The notes below the pieces were generated by a model. That model saw only the letters and a list, made by a program, of their open reading frames with translations, was not told the origin of the DNA and did not search any database. Shown in pieces: positions 38,213 through 46,200 of a stretch of DNA of 64,000 nt (position 1 is its first letter; the number at the start of each line of letters is the position of its first letter). Position numbers and translations under genes: made by a program. Source of the stretch: a virus; IMG/VR virus record IMGVR_UViG_3300005529_000023, positions 64,001-128,000 of that record, one strand, 5' to 3'.

Positions 38213-38599
38213 ATGCCAAACTTTAATTTCGAAGTGTTTCTAAATAGTTATGCGGATGCTATCTCGACGAATAGCCCATCCATGAACAACTTCAAATGGG
38301 ATAGAAACGTAAACGGACTTTCCGTAAATAATCCAACTAGTTTGACAGCACAGATCGCCGCTTCTGGATCGCAAACTCTCTTCACTGGCGGCAACACTAA
38401 GAGAATGGTCTACCTAGAAGTTGACCAGATTTGTACGGTTACTATCAACGGCAGTATCACCTTCACCGTTAAGCCTCTTGTCCAGGGAACTAACGTCTAC
38501 CCCGGAGTTCTCATGTTGGTCAGTGATATAACTTCTTTAAGCGTTACAAATACTAGCGGCACAACTGCAGCAAACGTGTTTATGGCGGCTATCGAGTAA
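38213..38599 (+). CDS. Putative virion structural protein (beta-rich)
   Basis: Thr/Asn/Val-rich ORF between terL and portal. Confidence 0.55.
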   Translation: MPNFNFEVFLNSYADAISTNSPSMNNFKWDRNVNGLSVNNPTSLTAQIAASGSQTLFTGGNTKRMVYLEVDQICTVTINGSITFTVKPLVQGTNVYPGVLMLVSDITSLSVTNTSGTTAANVFMAAIE

Positions 38600-38605
38600 T
38601 AGACT

Positions 38606-40456
38606 ATGAGCGACCAAAACAAACAACAGCCTCAGCCTGATCCAAAGGCAGTTACCATTCCTCAGAAGATGGTGTTTGCTATGAGTCAGTCTGCCGGTGA
38701 GTTGCTAGAAAAGTCTGGCTATGAATCAGCGAATCCTTACTCTCCGCTGATGTACGCCCTCTCGTCTAGCTTGACGAACCCAGTGAACAAGAAAGCTCCA
38801 CGACTTGCTTTCACAGAAAACCCTGCTCCATCCGATAACTACCTCGGCCTTTTCAAGTCGAAGCGTCGCCTACTACCCGACGAAGTCTTAAAGCAGATCC
38901 GCGTACAGGACCATCTAGTTGCGTCGATTCTACGTGCTCGCGGAAGCATGCTCAGCCTCTTTGGCCATCTCCGCAAGGACCGATTCGATGTAGGCGTAGA
39001 GATCGCACTCAAACCAGATTTTTACGATGTCCTCACTCCCGAACAGTATTCCAAAGTAACTGAACGCATGAAGAAGTTCGAAAAGCTTCTTCTCAACTGC
39101 GGTCATACTGCTGGCCTAGAACTTCAAGACAAGATGACTCTTGCGCAGTTTATGGACATTCAAACACAGAACGGCCTCAACTTTGGCAGGTTCGCTACAG
39201 AAATTATCTACGATCGTACAGCTGAAGAAGATGAGGATGGCAATTTCCCATTTCATCGCTTCCGTCCAGTTGATGTGGCCACGATCTATCGCTGTGTTCG
39301 TAAGGGCGAGTATGTAGGCAACAACCTACGTGAAATCGCCATGAAGATGCTGGAAAGCATCACAGGCGACAAGCCTAAGATCGACATGAGCAAACTCAGG
39401 GAAGACCAATATGCCTGGTTACAGGTGATTGATGGAACGCCAAGGCAGGCGTTCACCCATCGTGAAATGCTCGTCTTCAACCTATTTCCATGTACCGACA
39501 TCGAAATGAATGGGTATCCTGTATCTCCGCTTGATACAGTTGTTAGCTCGGTCACAACGCACATTTCTATCGATGCGTACAAAAAACTCTACTTCCAAAA
39601 CGGACGTGCCTCAAAGGGTATGCTCGTTATCAAGTCTGACGAAATCGACGGCCAGACACTAAATGACATCAAACTGCAATTCAACGCGTCGATTAACAAC
39701 GTTACAAACAGTTTCCGTACTCCTATCTTCGGTATGGGCAAGGAAGACGACGTTGACTGGTTACCCTTCAACGGCGAAGGAATGCACGATGACGACTTCC
39801 AGTTCATGTATGACCAGATCGCTAGAAACATTCTATCGGCTTTCTCGATTAGTCCTGATGAGCTACCTGGCTATAGTCATTTGTCTCGTGGTACTAACAG
39901 TCAGACTCTGTCTGAAAGTAACAACGAGTTTAAGCTTACTGCTGCTCGCGATACTGGGCTACGTCCCCTCATCCTTAAGTTCCAGACCTTCTTCAACGAA
40001 ATCCTCTTCCCAATTGTAGATCCACTTCTAGCTAAAATCGCAGAAGTGAAGTTCAGTGGTATCGACGCTCAATCCAAGGAACAGGAGTCTACACGTCTAC
40101 AGCAAGACATGCCTACTCACATGACCTACGATGAGGTTCTTCGTGAGGTAGACAAGGAACCAGTAGGCAAGATCCTGGCCGGCGAGTTCCCATTCAACGA
40201 ACGCTGGCAGTTGATCGTAGATAAGTACAAGAACGTTGGCGAACTCATGGGCGAAACGCTCAATGATTGTGCCGCTATCGTAGATCCACTACTGCGCTAC
40301 AAACGCGATCCATTTCATTTACAGTGGCTACAACTAATGGCTCAAGCAAACCCTGCAGCAGTGCAGGCATACTTTGCTCCAAGACCTTACGCTATGGAAA
40401 TCCTAAAGATGTGCGTAGAGGATTCTTTGGAAGCCGAAGAGAATATCGGAGAGTAA
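38606..40456 (+). CDS. Portal protein
   Basis: GYPVSPLD...YFQNG-ASKGML pattern, 616 aa, position after terminase. Confidence 0.82.
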   Translation: MSDQNKQQPQPDPKAVTIPQKMVFAMSQSAGELLEKSGYESANPYSPLMYALSSSLTNPVNKKAPRLAFTENPAPSDNYLGLFKSKRRLLPDEVLKQIRVQDHLVASILRARGSMLSLFGHLRKDRFDVGVEIALKPDFYDVLTPEQYSKVTERMKKFEKLLLNCGHTAGLELQDKMTLAQFMDIQTQNGLNFGRFATEIIYDRTAEEDEDGNFPFHRFRPVDVATIYRCVRKGEYVGNNLREIAMKMLESITGDKPKIDMSKLREDQYAWLQVIDGTPRQAFTHREMLVFNLFPCTDIEMNGYPVSPLDTVVSSVTTHISIDAYKKLYFQNGRASKGMLVIKSDEIDGQTLNDIKLQFNASINNVTNSFRTPIFGMGKEDDVDWLPFNGEGMHDDDFQFMYDQIARNILSAFSISPDELPGYSHLSRGTNSQTLSESNNEFKLTAARDTGLRPLILKFQTFFNEILFPIVDPLLAKIAEVKFSGIDAQSKEQESTRLQQDMPTHMTYDEVLREVDKEPVGKILAGEFPFNERWQLIVDKYKNVGELMGETLNDCAAIVDPLLRYKRDPFHLQWLQLMAQANPAAVQAYFAPRPYAMEILKMCVEDSLEAEENIGE

Positions 40457-40457
40457 C

Positions 40458-41168
40458 ATGGCTGAAATCAATTACAAAAAGAAGTATTTCGACCTGAGAA
40501 CTAGATATATCAACGATCTAGATATGGCATTTCGCCTTGGCATCGAACAAGGCGCCCAACAGGAACAGATCAATCAGGCTAACCAGCAGCAACAGCAACA
40601 AGCTGAACTTGAAATGGCTCAGGCACAAGCTGCGGCTGGCGGTGGACAGCCTGGCGAAGGCGGACCTCCAGGTGCTGGCGGCCCAGAAGGCGCCCCTAAA
40701 GAAGGCGGAGAGAAGCCCCCAGGACAAGAATCTGGACAAGAATCTGGACAGATGTCCAGTTCCAGTCCAGATGGCGCACCAGCTATCGGCGGCGGTTCGG
40801 AACTAGATCAGCACATCTCTCAGCTAGAATCCATGCTCGGTAAGCCAGCTGGATCTCCCGAAGAAATGCAGAGTAACATCAAGAAAGCCCTAGGCGAGAT
40901 TAAGTCTCTTCGTAAGGCTCAACTCCAAGCAATCGAATTAAAGAAGTCCGCTGCAGCTATTCCAGCCATTGCTAAGGCCCTTCACAGGCCAGCTTTCAAG
41001 ATGAGCAGACTTGCTTCTCAAAACTTGAACGACAACGCCAAAAAAGCCGTAACGATGCAAGAAAAAATCGTTGGCGACATCATGAAGAAGTGGCAAGAAG
41101 AAGAAACTAAGGCTGCCAAAGATATCGTGAACGTTCTGAGCGTTGAAGGCTTGACCAAGAAGGAGTAA
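40458..41168 (+). CDS. Head-associated protein with Gln/Gly/Pro low-complexity linker
   Basis: Follows portal; several [IL]xK[SA] motifs. Confidence 0.55.
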   Translation: MAEINYKKKYFDLRTRYINDLDMAFRLGIEQGAQQEQINQANQQQQQQAELEMAQAQAAAGGGQPGEGGPPGAGGPEGAPKEGGEKPPGQESGQESGQMSSSSPDGAPAIGGGSELDQHISQLESMLGKPAGSPEEMQSNIKKALGEIKSLRKAQLQAIELKKSAAAIPAIAKALHRPAFKMSRLASQNLNDNAKKAVTMQEKIVGDIMKKWQEEETKAAKDIVNVLSVEGLTKKE

Positions 41169-41171
41169 GCC

Positions 41172-41939
41172 ATGTTTGGCATCTCCTCTTCAGGGAAAGA
41201 AGCCTTAGCGCAAACTATAGAAGACCTATTCGATAGAATTGCCCTAGAGTTTCTTGGTGAAATCCCTAGCCTCAAAGACAAGAAAAAGCTGATCATCAGC
41301 TACGCAAGGAACTTTGGCCTTCCGCACTTATTCATTCAGGCAATGGCCAACAGAACTCCGAACGCTATTGAGGCAGACGTTCTCAAAAGCCTACTCGCAA
41401 GTTCTCATGGCTACATTGAGTCCCTAAAGAATAAGACTCGCTCAAACGTTACCGAAAGAATCGATGGTTTGGCCAGAGAAGCCCGCCTGCAAAAGCGCAA
41501 GCTAGCTGTAGAAGAAGTCCAAGCTGTCCTGGATGACGAACTAGGAAAGGCCAAGAGCCACCTTCAAGCGATCGTAGAGTCTGAGAGCACGAAACTGCGC
41601 AACCTTGGCACAGCCATGGATATCACGCGTGTAGCGGCTGATCTTGGGGACAGCGACCCTACGGTATTTTTTGTAGTAGTAAGGGATGGAGCGACCTGCA
41701 AAGAATGCGTTCGCCTGCATCTTTCGGAAGATGGCGTGACGCCTAGATTGTGGAAGTTTTCGGAACTTAAACAGGGTTACCATAAGCGTGGGGAAGAGAA
41801 TCCTTCAGCATTCGGCTTACATCCTCATTGCCGCTGTACTCTTACATACTTGAGCAGAGGGTTTGGTTTTAACGAAAGTGGCAAGCTACAATACCAAGCA
41901 GAAGCACACGACGAATACTCTCACCAGAGAAAGAAATAG
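41172..41939 (+). CDS. Phage Mu F / gp7-like head morphogenesis protein
   Basis: CKEC...LHPHCRC motif. Confidence 0.8.
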   Translation: MFGISSSGKEALAQTIEDLFDRIALEFLGEIPSLKDKKKLIISYARNFGLPHLFIQAMANRTPNAIEADVLKSLLASSHGYIESLKNKTRSNVTERIDGLAREARLQKRKLAVEEVQAVLDDELGKAKSHLQAIVESESTKLRNLGTAMDITRVAADLGDSDPTVFFVVVRDGATCKECVRLHLSEDGVTPRLWKFSELKQGYHKRGEENPSAFGLHPHCRCTLTYLSRGFGFNESGKLQYQAEAHDEYSHQRKK

Positions 41940-41940
41940 T

Positions 41941-41975
41941 TTGACTGCTTAACTACACATTGATACTCTGAGTAT
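41941..41975 (+). promoter_or_regulatory. Sigma70-type promoter, leaderless
   Basis: TTGACT-17nt-TACTCT with TG extension, 6 nt before ATG 41976. Confidence 0.65.
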
Positions 41976-42410
41976 ATGCAGTGGGTATACAATGACGGTG
42001 GAAGAAAAGAAGCCGGTTACAAAGGCGCAGCACGCGACTGCGTAACTAGGGCGATCTGCATAATCACGAAAAAGTCATATCAAGAAGTCTACGAGGCTCT
42101 AGTTGAAGAAGCAATGCGGGAGCGTCCACGAAATGGAAAGAAGCGCTCGCACTCTAGAACGGGCGTCCAAAAACCCACCATAAGACGGTACCTAGAATCT
42201 TTAGGGTTCGAATGGGTGCCTACCATGAAGATCGGCTCGGGATGCAAAGTTCACTTGAATAAAGATGAGCTACCGAGCGGCGAATTGATCGTGAGTGTAA
42301 GCAGACATCTAGTTGCCGTCGTTGACGGCATCGTGTATGACACGCATGATCCAACTCGTGGAGGTAACCGTTGTGTCTATGGTTATTTCCGCAAAACCGA
42401 AAGGAAGTAG
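41976..42410 (+). CDS. Conserved phage hypothetical protein (NDGGR...DCVTRAI)
   Basis: Cys...His-x7-Asp-like pattern (DCVTRA, SRHLVAVVDG) suggesting a papain-like fold (inference). Confidence 0.65.
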   Translation: MQWVYNDGGRKEAGYKGAARDCVTRAICIITKKSYQEVYEALVEEAMRERPRNGKKRSHSRTGVQKPTIRRYLESLGFEWVPTMKIGSGCKVHLNKDELPSGELIVSVSRHLVAVVDGIVYDTHDPTRGGNRCVYGYFRKTERK

Positions 42411-42411
42411 T

Positions 42412-42660
42412 ATGCCACGTACATTAATAGAACAGGCTCTCAAGGACTTCATTCTCGAAACGATCTCTGAACACTTCTCTTCCCTTGGCCAAACCTCCAG
42501 GCCACGACCACAGGCACAAGAGGCTCAGCGAGTGATTGGCGTCCGGTTCCGGCCCCAGCGGGTTACTCGTAGGAGACGTTCTGGCCCGAAGGGACGGGTC
42601 ACCGATCCCAGCACCGACAAGCGTCTCAAGGCTAACCGACAAAAGGCTGGGAACGCATAA
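42412..42660 (+). CDS. Small Arg-rich protein
   Basis: SD AAGGAAG; C-terminal GRVTDPSTDKRLKANR. Confidence 0.5.
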   Translation: MPRTLIEQALKDFILETISEHFSSLGQTSRPRPQAQEAQRVIGVRFRPQRVTRRRRSGPKGRVTDPSTDKRLKANRQKAGNA

Positions 42661-42714
42661 AATTATTGCCTGGGAGAGGAAGCCAGGGTAAAGCAGTCCG
42701 CTAGGAGGAAATGT

Positions 42715-42930
42715 ATGGAGCAAAAATTTGAAGACGGCCAGAGAGTCAAATTGATCGGCCATTCAGACTGGAAGTACAACAATCGTCGCGCAGGAACGAC
42801 AGGAACCATCTTTGATGTGTTTCAATCTGAAAAATCTGGCGACATCGTTTACGAAGTGGACTTTGAGGCGACCAATACCTCGGGCAGTGGCTACCAGCTT
42901 GTTCATCAAGCGGATCTCGAAGCAGAATAA
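42715..42930 (+). CDS. Small SH3/KOW-like protein
   Basis: SD AGGAGG; FEDGQRV...GTTGTI...YEVDF. Confidence 0.55.
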   Translation: MEQKFEDGQRVKLIGHSDWKYNNRRAGTTGTIFDVFQSEKSGDIVYEVDFEATNTSGSGYQLVHQADLEAE

Positions 42931-43016
42931 GCAGGCCGTTTATAGTCGTCGTTTAACCCACCGAGACGGTTATGGCGTATTCTAGCACTGAAGGCTTTTG
43001 GCACCTGCTAAAAGGC

Positions 43017-43055
43017 TAGGTCGGCAAAGAGATTCTCGGCCTCTTTGCCGACCTA
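43017..43055. terminator. Perfect 15-bp inverted repeat at convergent junction
   Basis: TAGGTCGGCAAAGAG-9nt-CTCTTTGCCGACCTA between the plus-strand operon and minus-strand tRNA unit. Confidence 0.7.
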
Positions 43056-43066
43056 TCGACTTCTTA

Positions 43067-43196
43067 CCTGCCTACACTCTAGAGAGGCGGAACCAACTCC
43101 ACGTCTTCCGGGGTTTCAAATCCCGGCGTGCTTTTGGCTTGCAGGCCAGGTTCCTGGCAGGCGTGGGACGGTCTGCAAGAACCGTGATTATCCCAC
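43067..43196 (-). ncRNA. Unclassified structured RNA downstream of tRNA-Met
   Basis: Nested helices CCTGCC/GGCAGG, GGAACC/GGTTCC, CACG/CGTG, CCGGG/CCCGG, TGGC/GCCA, GTGGGA/TCCCAC; strand inferred from context. Confidence 0.45.
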
Positions 43197-43204
43197 TTTA
43201 AATT

Positions 43205-43282
43205 TGGTAGCGGGTAATGGTATCGCACCATTCTGATTTGGCTTATGAGACCAAGCTGGATCTATCTCCAGTCCAACCCGCT
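43205..43282 (-). tRNA. tRNA-Met(CAT), atypical (5-bp D-stem, T-loop TGCGATA), CCA encoded
   Basis: Acceptor AGCGGGT/ACCCGCT, anticodon arm TTGGT-CTCATAA-GCCAA, T-stem AATGG/CCATT. Confidence 0.85.
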
Positions 43283-43297
43283 ATTTGAAATCTATCA
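43283..43297 (-). promoter_or_regulatory. Extended -10 promoter placing +1 on tRNA-Met nucleotide 1
   Basis: TG-A-TAGATT-TCAAAT-[A1]. Confidence 0.55.
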
Positions 43298-43606
43298 CAT
43301 CTCTCTGGCGTTGTTCAATGCCAAATTTGCACACATCACTGTTATTTCATCCTCAGTCATCTTCCTGGCATAGTCCACGATGTAACCCCAAACTAGGTCA
43401 TAGTCCAGATTCATGACCATCTGGGTAGTTTCCTTGGTTTTACTGTCATAGTGATCCATCAGAAAACCGGGGCGCGCCTTATTGCACATCACGATAGTAT
43501 GGCCGCTCGCTAGTTTGATGTCTCCACCAAGCGCAAGCCACTCCAAACAAGTTCTCATAGCCCAGATGAATCTCTTGCCGGTTGCTTCTAGATCAAGTCG
43601 TTGCAT
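43295..43606 (-). CDS. Hypothetical protein
   Basis: ORF in operon. Confidence 0.6.
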   Translation of the reverse strand: MQRLDLEATGKRFIWAMRTCLEWLALGGDIKLASGHTIVMCNKARPGFLMDHYDSKTKETTQMVMNLDYDLVWGYIVDYARKMTEDEITVMCANLALNNAREM

Positions 43607-43853
43607 TTGCCCTCCAAAACCTAATCAGTGAAACGACCTTCTTTCTATCGGCAACGATAGCCCCATGGATGATAGCCAGCGCTATTTTTGTTCTACAAAT
43701 ATCGTAATGGGGTGTGCTGCCCGGTTGAAACCACTTCCTGGCGACACCGATCTTATCCGCCATAGCGTGCAGCTCTTCTAAGCTGTCCGCTAGCATGTGG
43801 CACATGATCATGCCACGATAATGAGCCTGCATGGTATCTACATAGACGCTCAC
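43593..43853 (-). CDS. DUF4031 family protein
   Basis: VYVD...CHMLADSLEELHAMADKIG..RKWFQ....HYD; GTGA overlap start. Confidence 0.85.
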   Translation of the reverse strand: MSVYVDTMQAHYRGMIMCHMLADSLEELHAMADKIGVARKWFQPGSTPHYDICRTKIALAIIHGAIVADRKKVVSLIRFWRANATT

Positions 43854-44671
43854 AGATTCTTGAACTCTTCTTTCACTTCCCTTACGAAGTCGTAAAATCT
43901 CGAAGTCTTCATGATCTCTGGATGCCAGCACAAATCGCGTTCGATCAAGTTGTATTCCTTCATGATCCTGGAACCGGGAATCTTGGTTCCATCTGGTGCG
44001 GAGTCCCTGCCCATGAGCCAAAGATGATTGGAGATCGAGGCCGCTGCAGTGATGTCATGAGTAACAACAATGATAGTGTTCAGCTCATCCTTACTGGCGA
44101 GTTTGTTCAAGAGCTGACATGTCTTGTCGAGCATTAACGGATCAAGACCGGAAAACGGTTCGTCCATGAGCAGGAAATGCTCGGAACATAACGCTTGCTG
44201 AATAATTGCACATCTCTGCCTCTGACCACCTGAAAGCTGGGCGGGATAGTGATGAGCTTTATCAATCAGATTGAACTCGTTAAGGTACTCCACCACCTTT
44301 TCGCGTGCGATCTTCGAATTGCTTTCATTCTGCATGGCCGAAACCATAAGGTTAGAAAAGACAGTACGATGATCAAAAAGGGGATAGCTTTGAGCAACTA
44401 CACCGACCTCGCCAGCGATCACGGATCTATCTTTCTCATTGATACAAACCTTGCCGGAAGTAGGTTTATTCAGACCCGCAATGATCCTAAAAAGTTGAGT
44501 TTTTCCGATACCCGATGGACCAAGGAAACCGACTACTTGACCCGGCTTTTTGCCTGTAGAAGTGAGGATATTCTTGATTTCACCGTTGACGTTCTTAAGA
44601 ACCGGCTTACCATCATATTCCAGGCAGACATTTTCGATTCTAAGAAGAGACTTACCAAGTGAGTAGTTCAT
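43850..44671 (-). CDS. ABC transporter ATP-binding protein (NitT/TauT-like)
   Basis: GPSGIGKT, LSGGQRQR, LLMDEPFSGLD, VTHD. Confidence 0.95.
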   Translation of the reverse strand: MNYSLGKSLLRIENVCLEYDGKPVLKNVNGEIKNILTSTGKKPGQVVGFLGPSGIGKTQLFRIIAGLNKPTSGKVCINEKDRSVIAGEVGVVAQSYPLFDHRTVFSNLMVSAMQNESNSKIAREKVVEYLNEFNLIDKAHHYPAQLSGGQRQRCAIIQQALCSEHFLLMDEPFSGLDPLMLDKTCQLLNKLASKDELNTIIVVTHDITAAASISNHLWLMGRDSAPDGTKIPGSRIMKEYNLIERDLCWHPEIMKTSRFYDFVREVKEEFKNL

Positions 44672-44674
44672 TTA

Positions 44675-44965
44675 TTAAACTATGAAAGCAATGCTCCCAT
44701 AGCCCTCCGGTTCATCAACTTGTTTCATGCTTCCATCTTCTTGCATCATGAGCCAAATACGATTCTTACTCTTTGGCCACTCATGACCAAACTGTCTTTC
44801 TTCGATCACCGCGCCTTCGTACCATCCGGCTTCATCACAAAAAGACATCTTTTCTCGGGCTTCTTCAGCTGTCTTCCAAATCGTCTGAAGATGCATTCTC
44901 TCAAAACCGTAGTTTTGGCCTCTCTTATCGAATTTGAAGAAGCCTACCAAGAATACTGACTTCAT
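44675..44965 (-). CDS. Hypothetical protein inserted in ABC operon
   Basis: ATGA overlap with permease stop; no transporter features. Confidence 0.6.
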   Translation of the reverse strand: MKSVFLVGFFKFDKRGQNYGFERMHLQTIWKTAEEAREKMSFCDEAGWYEGAVIEERQFGHEWPKSKNRIWLMMQEDGSMKQVDEPEGYGSIAFIV

Positions 44966-45744
44966 TTTCTCTCCGTGGTCAGGGTAGAGTAAGGGCAAAA
45001 TACATTCTTGAGTATGCCGATGGCGTAGTCTTGACCGAGACCGACCAACAGAATTAAGAGCTGAATCGCCATAACTGAACTCAGATGGAAGTGCTTATTT
45101 TGGTTCAGAAGAACCGCCCCGATTCCACCTTCGCTGCGCGACATACCCTCGATCATAGTCAACATCATCCAGCCGATGGCTGCGTTCTGTCTTAAGCAGT
45201 CGAAAACCTTATCGGCCTGCCCGAGAACAATAACTTCCCAAACTTCACGCCAGGCACCCATTTTAAGTGTCTTGGCCAAATCAAACTGAACATTGGGGAT
45301 TGAAGCAAGCACGTCTAACATGCTAGTTACAAAGAACACCGCGATAGAGTAGACGAGTAAGTATAGTTTCAATTCATGGCCGCTTTTAGCCGCCATCGTG
45401 AAGAAGAAAGTGAGACCTGCCAGGGACAGGAAGCGAAGCTTCCCAAAGAAAGCGATGATCGGTTTGAAGAAAGGGATGACACTCAAATAGGCCAATCCAA
45501 TGGATGCTAAAAGGGCGATGCCGATAGCCTGAAGGTTCAAGTAAAAACTCGTAATCAGCTCAGATCCGAGTCCTTCTTGCCAAAGTTCTCCAAAGGAATG
45601 CAGGGTTTCGCCTGGGCTTGGCAGAAACACGAAATTCGAGGAAGCCCAAAACAGGAATAGGCCGATCACCTGTGCTACGACCAGTAGCGTCCCAGTAGAC
45701 TTGGATAAAACTTTGTTTGGTGAAAAGATCTCTAAGAACTTCAC
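44962..45744 (-). CDS. ABC transporter permease (NitT/TauT/SsuC-like)
   Basis: Multiple TM helices, EAA-like loop FDLAKTLKMG, IEGMSRSEGGIG. Confidence 0.9.
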   Translation of the reverse strand: MKFLEIFSPNKVLSKSTGTLLVVAQVIGLFLFWASSNFVFLPSPGETLHSFGELWQEGLGSELITSFYLNLQAIGIALLASIGLAYLSVIPFFKPIIAFFGKLRFLSLAGLTFFFTMAAKSGHELKLYLLVYSIAVFFVTSMLDVLASIPNVQFDLAKTLKMGAWREVWEVIVLGQADKVFDCLRQNAAIGWMMLTMIEGMSRSEGGIGAVLLNQNKHFHLSSVMAIQLLILLVGLGQDYAIGILKNVFCPYSTLTTERK

Positions 45745-46142
45745 AGATTTAATCCAATCCCAAAACTAGCAGAAAAGCTAAATGTGCCTGAATAGAGTAG
45801 GCTGTTGTTTTCTTTTATATAGACCAGGCTAGAAAGATTCTGCTGCCAGCCAGCCTCGGGACCAAGAGCGTACACTGCTGATCCATCTGTCCTAGAAAAA
45901 GTGATCGCTTGAGCAAATCCCACGTTGATGTGTTCGCCCTGAATACCAAAGGAAAGATAGGGTTGAATGTAGCTGGAGTTTCCGGTCAAAGAGATGTCTG
46001 CATAAGGCCAATCTTTTACGAACTCATAATCAAAGCCGTAGAAAGGTCTCGTTCCGTTACCAAAGCCTGCGTCTAAAGCCATCATGTCCGCTTGAGCGAC
46101 GAGTGGAACCATCGTCAAAAGCAGGATCGCCAGAAACTTCAT
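45741..46142 (-). CDS. Secreted small beta-strand protein
   Basis: Signal peptide (MKFLAILLLTMVPLVAQA); alternating aromatic/Gly strands; ends GIGLNL. Confidence 0.6.
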   Translation of the reverse strand: MKFLAILLLTMVPLVAQADMMALDAGFGNGTRPFYGFDYEFVKDWPYADISLTGNSSYIQPYLSFGIQGEHINVGFAQAITFSRTDGSAVYALGPEAGWQQNLSSLVYIKENNSLLYSGTFSFSASFGIGLNL

Positions 46143-46163
46143 AACAAACCTTTCTTTTGGTGA

Positions 46164-46192
46164 GGGGCACCCGTTAATCAGACGGGTGCCCC
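46164..46192 (-). terminator. Intra-operon 11-bp GC-rich hairpin (attenuator or mRNA stabiliser)
   Basis: GGGGCACCCGT-7nt-ACGGGTGCCCC just 3' of the binding-protein gene; no U-tract on the minus strand. Confidence 0.55.
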
Positions 46193-46200
46193 GAATTGGA

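Noticed and set aside
43107-43126. Plus-strand hairpin with loop TTTCAAA resembling a tRNA-Sec/opal-suppressor (TCA) anticodon arm
   Set aside because: No acceptor stem, D-arm or downstream T-arm in the right order. TGA is used as a normal stop throughout (ATGA overlaps).
43160-43204. Theta/HDV-like ribozyme after tRNA-Met
   Set aside because: P1- and P3-like helices exist, but they start 8 nt from the tRNA end, and no convincing P2 partner or catalytic J4/2 strand was found.
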